DNA from: Nostoc punctiforme PCC 73102
GTDB lineage: Bacteria; Cyanobacteriota; Cyanobacteriia; Cyanobacteriales; Nostocaceae
Assembly: GCF_000020025.1 (NCBI RefSeq)
Contig: NC_010628.1
Coordinates: forward strand, 8,100,001 to 8,132,000
Length of the DNA stretch: 32,000 nucleotides
Direction of reading: 5' to 3'
In this document: positions 25,714 through 32,000 of the stretch, in pieces
Layout of the letters: every line of letters begins with the position of its first letter
Numbering within the stretch: position 1 is the stretch's first letter
Program-made: the position numbers and the translations under genes
The notes under the pieces: model-generated
Told to the model about the DNA's origin: nothing
Seen by the model: only the letters and a program-made list of their open reading frames with translations
Database searches by the model: none

Positions 25714-26157
25714 TTAAAAACTAATTGTTTGTGGCTTAAAACTCGATGTACTATCCCAATAATTGACCTGGTTAATATTCACCTTGAGTAAAGCAATATC
25801 GGGTTCGTCCAATCCTTTAGGAAACCAGGTTTGAAGTTCTGGCTTCCATAACTCTCGCATCTTGTTGCGGTCTTTTACGAGTTGTGATGTACCTGAGATA
25901 GAAACGTATCGCTGCTGTTCGGGTGACGAGAAACTAACATTGACCTGCTCATGGTGTTCAATCTCAGTCACCTTATGGGAACCAGCATAAGTAAAGAACC
26001 AGAGTGTGGCTTCAGAGTTAATATCACCACTTTTTGACATGGGGTAACTATGCAAACTTCCATCATCATCGACTGTGGTAAACATACCATAATCAATATT
26101 TTTGATTAGTTCATGCAGCTTTTGAATCTCTTGAGTGCGGTCTGTAGAAGTTGCCAT
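25714..26157 (-). CDS. Pyridoxamine 5'-phosphate oxidase-like FMN-binding protein (general stress protein 26 type)
   Basis: 147 aa. It has GMFTTVDDDGSLHSYPMS, LWFFTYAGSHKVTEIEHHEQVNVSF, YVSISGTSQLVKDRNKMRELW and FPKGLDEPDIALLKV. Confidence 0.88.
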   Translation of the reverse strand: MATSTDRTQEIQKLHELIKNIDYGMFTTVDDDGSLHSYPMSKSGDINSEATLWFFTYAGSHKVTEIEHHEQVNVSFSSPEQQRYVSISGTSQLVKDRNKMRELWKPELQTWFPKGLDEPDIALLKVNINQVNYWDSTSSFKPQTISF

Positions 26158-26854
26158 TGTTTGTACTATTTTCTCTATTTGCTTTTCCTAGACTGTAATT
26201 TTTGATTACAATCAGGTTTCGTGCTGGTAAAGTTACTTTCCAGTATTAACGTTTTTTGTTGAAATTGCGTGAGCCTACAGATGGAGTTATCCTAAAATTA
26301 GCTTTTTTAGTTATATCTTTAGAGAGATTGGTTGATAGTGATTATTATATACATATATAGCTTTTGGACATATAAATATGAATTGTGTGCTTGTTTCTTT
26401 AGACATAAATTTTATAAATTTTGCATGAATTTTTAGCCTATAAAAAGGTACAAAGTCAACAGGCTAGTATCGCAAGGCGGAAGTCAAAAGTCAAAAGTAT
26501 TATGGAATCAGCTTTTTAGGGATTTTAAATAGTTTCTCTATTTGCGCTGTAGCGTACTAGGCTTCGCTTCACTTACTGGCGGCAGCAGATCAAGTAGCAG
26601 CATTAGGGATTTCCAACGAAGAAATTATCCAATCTTGTGGAGTGGATATCTTGTTTGCCTTTAGCTATGGGCGCTCGCGTCACCCACCCCACAAGAAGTA
26701 GTTAAGTATTTTTTTATTTGGAAGTCCCTTACTACTCTCTGGCTGGAAACGACATTTGAAAAGGCTTTCACGTTAAGTTGACACCAATGACAGTTGTACG
26801 CTCTTACAGCCGATTCATTTAGTAGAAAGATTTTTGTAAATGGTATTACTTACT

Positions 26855-27144
26855 AGAAAGCAAAAGCTTTTTTTACTTGCGGAAAACACTCAAATGAGTA
26901 AGCAAACTGGGGTTTGAGAAAGCAAAAGCTTCTTTTACTTGCGGAAAACACTCAAATGAGTAAGCAAACTGGGGTTTGAGAAAGCAAAAGCTTCTTTTAC
27001 TTGCGGAAAACACCAAAATGATTAAGCAAACTGGGGTTTGAGAAAGCAAAAGCTTCTTTTGAGAAAGCATTTAAGTATTTTGAGAAAGTAAACAGGCTTT
27101 TTGATAAAGCAATTAGCCTTTTTGATAAAGTAATTAGCAAATAT
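26855..27144. repeat. Tandem array: three 62-bp units followed by five degenerate 21-bp units (GAKAAAG-N10-TTTT type)
   Basis: The 62-bp units are at 26855-26916, 26917-26978 and 26979-27040. They differ by 1-4 substitutions. The 21-mers start at 27040, 27061, 27082, 27103 and 27124. Each 62-bp unit is itself about 3 x 21 nt and contains two small hairpins (CAAAC-tggg-GTTTG and ACTCA-aa-TGAGT). Confidence 0.9.
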
Positions 27145-27263
27145 ACGTAAGGATTAAAAATTACGGTTGTCCATAGCTTGCGTCCCGTAGAGAAGGGTAC
27201 ATCGGTTTTTGAATGAGAATATAAAACTAAACAAATTCTGCAAGTGTGGAATTTTATATGACA

Positions 27264-27355
27264 CAGCAATAGCGATCGCTCTTGTATTGCAAAATTAACA
27301 AAGGAAATAAAAATCTAACCTAGCTAGCTGTGGTCAAGCTATAGTATATATTATT
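27264..27355 (+). repeat. Diverged copy of the leader/5' end of the SLH gene at 30621-30705
   Basis: cagcaatagcgatcgctcttgtattgcaaaattaacaaaggaaataaaaatctaacctagctagctgtggtcaagctatagtata aligns by eye with gcagcagcgatcgccttgaaattgctaaattaactaaggaaatcaaaatcaaggccagctagctgcaatctacaatggtatc. In this copy the ATG of the SLH gene corresponds to ATA. Confidence 0.6.
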
Positions 27356-27689
27356 ACTTTGCAGTACTCTTCCTATTCATCGCACGCTATGCATCTTGGC
27401 AAAATTTGTATTTACGACAATCCAGACCGGAATTATTACTAGTTGGATTGTATAAGATACTTGTGATAATTTAAGCATTAACCACAATTAGAGGTTGAGA
27501 ATGGCGAGTACATCCAACGTCCAGATTACCATCGCCTTGCAAGAGCCTGGTTTAGATGACGATGAACTGCAAGACGAAACGCAGAGACTATAAACAGTTG
27601 TTAGACAAAGAGGGACAAATCAACTTCAAGCTAAACTTGAGTTATCCCATAAATCAAATCAGCAGCTAGTTCAGAAGTCAGATGCTCAA

Positions 27690-28634
27690 ATGCTGGAACA
27701 GCAACAACCCATAGCAGTAACTTCTTTATCAGAAACTACCTACTTCAAAAACAAGTCTTTTATAGGTATTGCAGCAATTGTTTTATCTGGGTTAGTTGGA
27801 TTTCCCATCTATATAATAAATTTTCACGAGGATCGTTCGACAATAACCAAGCCTAATGCTCCTGTAGCAAAATCACTTATTCCCACACCTACTATATCCC
27901 CAAAATTAGCTACTCTCACACCTACTACATCCCCTGCGGTTAAAGATTTGGATGCACTTTTAAATATAGCTGGAGAAATTACCGATCCATCTCAATTACA
28001 CGCCTTAAAGCGCCAAGTGTTTAACCAAATTAATCCAGCTTGGACTAATCGCTTAGGATTACAACAGGATTTGGTATATCGTGTGGGTGTAGCTGCGGAT
28101 GGTGCAATTGTAGGTTACAAGGCGATAAATCAAGTAGCGAACGAAAAAATAGAGTTAACTCCTCTGCCCAAAGTACTTTACAATCCTGCTAACCGTCCTC
28201 AGATTTCTAATGAGCCAATTGCCCAATTTCAAGTAGTCTTTAATAGCCAAGGTGTGCTGCAAGTTAGCCCTGTGCGCGGATACTCTAAAACACCAGAGGT
28301 AGTCGGTGCAAAAATTACTGACTCTAATATAGTTAAAGGTTTAAACCAAAAGCTTTATAATACAGTTCGCCAAACTTGGAGTGGCACTCCCACCTTTACG
28401 CAAGACTTGAAATATCGGGTAGCGGTCAACAAAGATGGTGTAATCGCTGACTATGAACCACTCAACCAAGTCGCCTTTGACTATTTCCGGGAAACACCCC
28501 TTCCAAAAATGTTTAATGCTATCTACGGTTCTAATGTAGCAGCTCCCAACGATAAAGAACCTCTCGCCCACTTCCAAGTGATATTTAAGCCTAGCGGCAA
28601 GCTGGAAGTTACGCCTTGGCAGGGATATCAATAA
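27690..28634 (+). CDS. Membrane-anchored protein with two tandem homologous ~110-aa domains (hypothetical)
   Basis: 314 aa. There is one TM segment (FIGIAAIVLSGLVGFPIYII) and a Pro/Thr linker. Two related domains follow (..DLVYRVGVAADGAIVGYKAINQVA..IAQFQVVFNSQGVLQVSPVRGY and ..DLKYRVAVNKDGVIADYEPLNQVA..LAHFQVIFKPSGKLEVTPWQGY). The frame stays open upstream to a TAA at 27591, which is preceded by an in-frame 30-codon ORF starting at 27501. Confidence 0.65.
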   Translation: MLEQQQPIAVTSLSETTYFKNKSFIGIAAIVLSGLVGFPIYIINFHEDRSTITKPNAPVAKSLIPTPTISPKLATLTPTTSPAVKDLDALLNIAGEITDPSQLHALKRQVFNQINPAWTNRLGLQQDLVYRVGVAADGAIVGYKAINQVANEKIELTPLPKVLYNPANRPQISNEPIAQFQVVFNSQGVLQVSPVRGYSKTPEVVGAKITDSNIVKGLNQKLYNTVRQTWSGTPTFTQDLKYRVAVNKDGVIADYEPLNQVAFDYFRETPLPKMFNAIYGSNVAAPNDKEPLAHFQVIFKPSGKLEVTPWQGYQ

Positions 28635-28870
28635 GAAGATACTTAACTCTATAATTTAATTTATTAAGCGATAGCCATTCATGACTTGTTCTCAGCATCA
28701 TAATCTAGCCAATCCTGCCCAATAGAGTATTCTTACTTTAAGATGATGTAAAATTTGTACCCTCTGAATGAGGCTCTTCAACCTCTAGCAGGAGTGTCAT
28801 GTTCCATTAAGCGCCTACGATGAAGAAAAGAACTAGGTAATCAAATCGCAGTATATCTGCCTTTTAAATT

Positions 28871-29062
28871 ATGGACTGGAAGTATAAGTGGAAAAATGGC
28901 TATAAACCAAGCCGAGATGAAGCGGCAAAAAACCCTCATTTGTTAGATGAGAGCCAGTTCGAGAACGAGCAAGACCGAAAGCTAGCTGAAGAATCAGCAA
29001 GGAAGCATTTGGGTATACCTGCACCAACTATAGACGAAGATCAGTCAATACTACCTCATTAG
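28871..29062 (+). CDS. Small hypothetical protein (63 aa), weakly supported
   Basis: This is an isolated ORF in an otherwise empty 500-bp gap. Its composition is charged and hydrophilic (MDWKYKWKNGYKPSRDEAAKNPHLLDESQFENEQDRK..). No motif was recognised. Confidence 0.3.
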   Translation: MDWKYKWKNGYKPSRDEAAKNPHLLDESQFENEQDRKLAEESARKHLGIPAPTIDEDQSILPH

Positions 29063-29208
29063 CTTCTTCTAATGAACAAGCTTGATAACGCCATTTCCAA
29101 AAAAGATTTTGCAACAAATAAACTGGCTATAGGGGCGTACAGATGTACACCCCTAATTATGTATCTCTAGCACTATGTACGCTCCACACCATTAGGAAGT
29201 TCGATAAA

Positions 29209-29760
29209 ATGCAGATTTCTCAAATTTTTAATCGATTAAACAATAGCAAATTTACTAAGTTACTCAGTCAAACAGTAGCTTTAGGCGTAAGTGCTTTTGT
29301 TCTCCTCTCAACTACTAATGCTAATGCCGCCGAGCAAGTTGTTTTAAAATATGGTACTTTTCAGGGGCAAGTTTCTGTTCAAGAATTAAGTCAGTTTACA
29401 GAAACAGGTAAGACTACTCCGACACTACAAGCTTATTTGGATGCCGCTCAACAAGACCCCGCAGTAGCTCGTAAGGCACTGAAAGCCCCAATAAAAGCCG
29501 ATCCTGCCTTTTTAAATAACTTACTGTCTAGCTGGGCAGGGCCAATTTTAGTTAACCAAATTGGTGAAGTAGTTCATCCCCCCGCAGGACAACTAGATCA
29601 ACAGGCGCTGCGAAGTGCTTTAAGTACATCTATTCAACAAAATGGTGAAGTTACACTCCTTGGAGCTATTCAGAATTATCCTAATACTTCTGTTGAACTT
29701 GAAGGCGATCGCCTCATCTCTGTTTATGAACGCCTAAGCAGCCTAGCAGAACTTTTATGA
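29209..29760 (+). CDS. DUF1400-domain protein with signal peptide
   Basis: The likely start is MQISQIFNRLNN.. (ATG 29209, with AGGAAG 10 nt upstream). The signal-like segment ALGVSAFVLLSTTNANA precedes the mature part AEQVVLKYGTFQGQVSVQELSQFTETGK..ALRSAL..LLGAIQNYP, which resembles the cyanobacterial DUF1400 pattern. The tracked ORF starts at 29143. Confidence 0.6.
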   Translation: MQISQIFNRLNNSKFTKLLSQTVALGVSAFVLLSTTNANAAEQVVLKYGTFQGQVSVQELSQFTETGKTTPTLQAYLDAAQQDPAVARKALKAPIKADPAFLNNLLSSWAGPILVNQIGEVVHPPAGQLDQQALRSALSTSIQQNGEVTLLGAIQNYPNTSVELEGDRLISVYERLSSLAELL

Positions 29761-29864
29761 TAGCTAGTTACTGCTAAAATTTAATACCCATGAGTCTATC
29801 TTAGGGTTCTATTCTGTGACTGAGAAATTTCCTAACGTAATTGTAGAGTTAGGGAAAAGTTTAT

Positions 29865-30437
29865 ATGACAACTGACGTTTCTAGAAATATTAACAAGGAC
29901 ACTAATGGAGCGCTGATAAGTGGTGTTCTCCTAAGTGTTTTGGGGGTTATTGCGATCGCAGCGCCTAATCTCTCGACCTTATTCGCCGAAACTTGGATTG
30001 CAGTAATTTTGATTTTCGCCGGATTTACAAAACTAGTTTATGCCACTCAAACCCGCCACCAAGGAGGTTTTATTTGGAAACTTCTATTGAGCGGACTCTA
30101 TATTGCAACCGGTATAATGCTGTTTGTTTATCCTTTTACGGGTATTCTCACACTGACTCTATTGCTTGGCAGCTTCTTGGTGGCTGAAGGTACATTCGAG
30201 TTAATTCTGGCATTCCGGTTACGTCCGCAAGAGAACTGGAAGTGGATACTAGGTGATGGCATTATTACACTGGTCTTAGGTGCAATGATTTGGTTCCAGT
30301 GGCCCTTCAATGCGCCCTGGCTTCTTGGCACACTAGTTGGTATCAGCATTATTTTCACTGGCATTTCACGCGTAATGCTGTCATTGAATGCGCGTTCTAC
30401 CTCAAATCCTACTAACGAAGCTGCAAATCCTACTTAG
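29865..30437 (+). CDS. hdeD: HdeD family (DUF308) acid-resistance-type membrane protein
   Basis: 190 aa with six hydrophobic segments in the paired DUF308 pattern (GVLLSVLGVIAIAAP.., WIAVILIFAGFTKLVYA, LLLSGLYIATGIMLFVYP, LTLLLGSFLVAEGTFELILAFRLRP, ILGDGIITLVLGAMIWFQWP, LLGTLVGISIIFTGISRVML). Confidence 0.8.
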   Translation: MTTDVSRNINKDTNGALISGVLLSVLGVIAIAAPNLSTLFAETWIAVILIFAGFTKLVYATQTRHQGGFIWKLLLSGLYIATGIMLFVYPFTGILTLTLLLGSFLVAEGTFELILAFRLRPQENWKWILGDGIITLVLGAMIWFQWPFNAPWLLGTLVGISIIFTGISRVMLSLNARSTSNPTNEAANPT

Positions 30438-30440
30438 GAG

Positions 30441-30565
30441 ATAGAGCATGGGAGCATGGGAGCAGGAAAGGATTAGGGGACGAGGGGGACAAGGAGGACA
30501 AGGGGAAATTATTGAACAAGTCTCTTCCTTGTCTCCCCCCTCTTCCTTGTCTCCCTTGTCTCTTC
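30441..30565. repeat. Short tandem repeats (GAGCATGG x2.5) plus GGACAAG/GAGACAA heptamer-type inverted arms forming a long imperfect hairpin
   Basis: The left arm is ggggacgagggggacaaggaggacaagggga (about 30475-30506). The right arm is tctcttccttgtctcccccctcttccttgtctcccttgtctc (about 30521-30562). The element lies immediately after the hdeD stop and could act as a terminator. Confidence 0.6.
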
Positions 30566-30694
30566 TCTATGCCCCATACCCAATGCCCAATCTTGAGTAG
30601 TAAAAGTTTACTAAGAGATTGCAGCAGCGATCGCCTTGAAATTGCTAAATTAACTAAGGAAATCAAAATCAAGGCCAGCTAGCTGCAATCTACA

Positions 30695-32000
30695 ATGGTA
30701 TCTATTGCTACTCCCTTCTCGGATATTCAAAACCATTGGGCACGCTTATTTATTACAGCCTTAGCCCAACGTGGTATTGTCAGTGGGTCGCCTAATGGCA
30801 CATATCGCCCCGATAACTCACTCACTCGCGCTGAATTTGCCGCCATCGTCGCCAAGGCATTTGGCACAGTTAGCAAGAAGCGGCAATATGTACCTTTTGT
30901 GGATGTACCCATAAATTATTGGGCAGCAGCTGCCATTCAAACAGCTTACGAAAAAGCATTTATTAGCGGATTTCCTGATAAAAGTTTCCGCCCCGCCGAG
31001 CGAATTACTAGGGCAGAAGTTTTAGTTTCTTTGGTAGCAGGCTTAGAAATTGCCACCAAGGTAAAACCAGAACTCCTCTCAGCACTCCCACAAATTTATC
31101 AAGATTCTATTCAGATTCCTGGGTATGGTAGAAATCAGGTAGCTATTGCCACCAGCGCTGGATTGGTGGTTAGTTTCCCAAATATCAAATTACTCAATCC
31201 CAATCTTGCAGCTACCCGTGCAGATGTAGCGGCAATTGTTTATCAAGCTTTGGTGTATTTAGGTGAAGCAGAAAAAATTGCCTCTAGTTACTTAGTGCAG
31301 CCGCCAATACTAACGCCTACGCCGAAGCCAACGCCCACACCAATACCCACACCAATACCCACACCCACACCAATACCGACACCAATACCCACACCCACAC
31401 CAATACCGACACCAATACCCACACCCACACCCACACCTGCACCTGTCGGTAGCGTTAGGGTTAATCATAGTCGGGAATTTCGGGGGGCGTGGGTAGTATC
31501 TGTGTGGAATGGTGATTGGCCTTCCAAGCCAGGACTTTCTGTTGCTCAACAGAAAGCTGAACTCACTGAGATTATTAGTAAATTACAAGCGCTAAACTTC
31601 AATGCACTTATCTTTCAGGTGCGACCGGAGGGAGACGCTTTATATGAATCACAATTAGAGCCTTGGAGTGCTTGGATTACAGGAACTCAGGGGAAAGCAC
31701 CAGAACCATTTTACGATCCTTTAGCGTTTGCGATCGCAGAATGTCACAAGCGTAATATTGAACTCCATGCTTGGTTTAACCCTTACCGCGCCAGCACTTC
31801 TACCGACCCAGCTAAAACAGTACGTCCCCACATAGCAGCGACTAATCCAGAAAGCGTTTATTTGTGGAAAACTCAACGCTGGATGGATCCAGGATTGAAA
31901 ATAGTTCAAGATAGAGCTTACAACGTAATTCTTGATGTAGTGAAGCGCTACGATGTTGATGGCATTCACTTAGATGATTATTTTTATCCATATCCCATCG
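30695..32000 (+). CDS. S-layer homology (SLH) domain protein fused through a Pro/Thr linker to a glycoside hydrolase-like family 10 (GHL10/DUF187) domain; 3' end outside the window
   Basis: Own translation from ATG 30695 gives [56 protein letters not shown] (SLH), with two further SLH-like repeats. Next comes [20 protein letters not shown].. Then [87 protein letters not shown], which are the GHL10 hallmarks. There is no stop before position 32000. Confidence 0.9.
   Translation, partial: MVSIATPFSDIQNHWARLFITALAQRGIVSGSPNGTYRPDNSLTRAEFAAIVAKAFGTVSKKRQYVPFVDVPINYWAAAAIQTAYEKAFISGFPDKSFRPAERITRAEVLVSLVAGLEIATKVKPELLSALPQIYQDSIQIPGYGRNQVAIATSAGLVVSFPNIKLLNPNLAATRADVAAIVYQALVYLGEAEKIASSYLVQPPILTPTPKPTPTPIPTPIPTPTPIPTPIPTPTPIPTPIPTPTPTPAPVGSVRVNHSREFRGAWVVSVWNGDWPSKPGLSVAQQKAELTEIISKLQALNFNALIFQVRPEGDALYESQLEPWSAWITGTQGKAPEPFYDPLAFAIAECHKRNIELHAWFNPYRASTSTDPAKTVRPHIAATNPESVYLWKTQRWMDPGLKIVQDRAYNVILDVVKRYDVDGIHLDDYFYPYPI
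31339..31437 (+). repeat. In-frame ~30-nt tandem repeats encoding the (PT/PI) linker
   Basis: accaataccgacaccaatacccacacccac-type units are repeated about three times. They encode [11 protein letters not shown] reiterations. Confidence 0.85.

Noticed and set aside
26855-27144. Possible CRISPR array, because of regularly spaced direct repeats
   Set aside because: The units are contiguous with no unique spacers. The repeat length (62 nt, then 21 nt) and the gradual degeneration do not fit a CRISPR. No cas genes or leader are present in the window.
26873-27269. Minus-strand ORFs 26873-27070 and 26997-27269 with reiterated peptide FAFSNPSLL..SVFRK
   Set aside because: They are simply translations of the tandem DNA repeat, with no start context. 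Their periodicity is a DNA property, not protein evidence.
23527-27593. Programmed stop-codon readthrough or recoding as an explanation for three in-frame stops (TAG, TAG and TAA) within 4 kb
   Set aside because: Two different stop codons are involved. One affected gene is also 5'-truncated, and the region contains other remnants such as the EF-G fragment. Ordinary pseudogenisation or sequencing error is the simpler explanation. I see no suppressor tRNA or recoding signal in the window.
29132-29153. Near-palindrome GGGGCGTACAGATGTACACCCC upstream of the DUF1400 gene as an operator
   Set aside because: It has one mismatch, occurs only once in the window, and its position relative to an unknown TSS is unclear. 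That is too little to support a regulatory call.
30430-30672. Minus-strand 80-aa ORF containing RQGRQGRGGRQGR
   Set aside because: It is a translation of the heptamer-type inverted repeat element between hdeD and the SLH gene, with no coding support.
31310-31549. Minus-strand 79-aa ORF with a striking [17 protein letters not shown] repeat, which looks like a Cys-rich peptide
   Set aside because: It is the antisense shadow of the PT-linker repeats inside the well-supported plus-strand SLH/GHL10 CDS. The ORFs at 30727-30912 and 31721-31969 are shadows too.

Overview
The window looks like an accessory, mosaic region of a filamentous (Nostocales-like) cyanobacterial genome. Supporting this, HIP1 octamers (GCGATCGC) are scattered throughout, and heptameric STRR-like repeats and small hairpin repeats fill the intergenic DNA. 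All family calls come from motif recognition by eye; no homology search, RNA folding or statistics were run.

Ordered content:
- 5' part of a Ser/Thr kinase fusion gene (minus strand, cut by the window edge)
- SDR oxidoreductase
- Tat-signal aldo/keto reductase
- Tightly linked lipoxygenase, atypical cytochrome P450 and orphan ORF, followed by a membrane-inserted DUF900-like alpha/beta hydrolase
- 125-bp MITE that has rewritten the 3' end of a small gene
- NAD(P)-binding/CIA30 protein
- Complete IS200/IS605 element (divergent tnpA/tnpB) with IS608-like end geometry
- Alpha/beta hydrolase, AhpD-like CMD protein, retropepsin-like protease and acyltransferase-3
- Nucleoside phosphorylase, CMAS-type methyltransferase and macro-domain protein
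- A gene graveyard (EF-G remnant, GNAT with an in-frame TAG, Uma2 remnant) surrounding a very AT-rich orphan membrane/coiled-coil gene
- ChaB and stress-type small genes
- 1.5-kb ORF-poor stretch carrying a phased 62-bp/21-bp tandem repeat array
- Membrane protein with an internal domain duplication
- DUF1400 and HdeD genes
- 5' part of an SLH + GHL10 glycoside-hydrolase-like gene

The best candidate for an undescribed system is the LOX-P450-orphan (plus or minus lipase-like hydrolase) oxylipin cluster at 4027-9928. No rRNA, tRNA or CRISPR array was seen.
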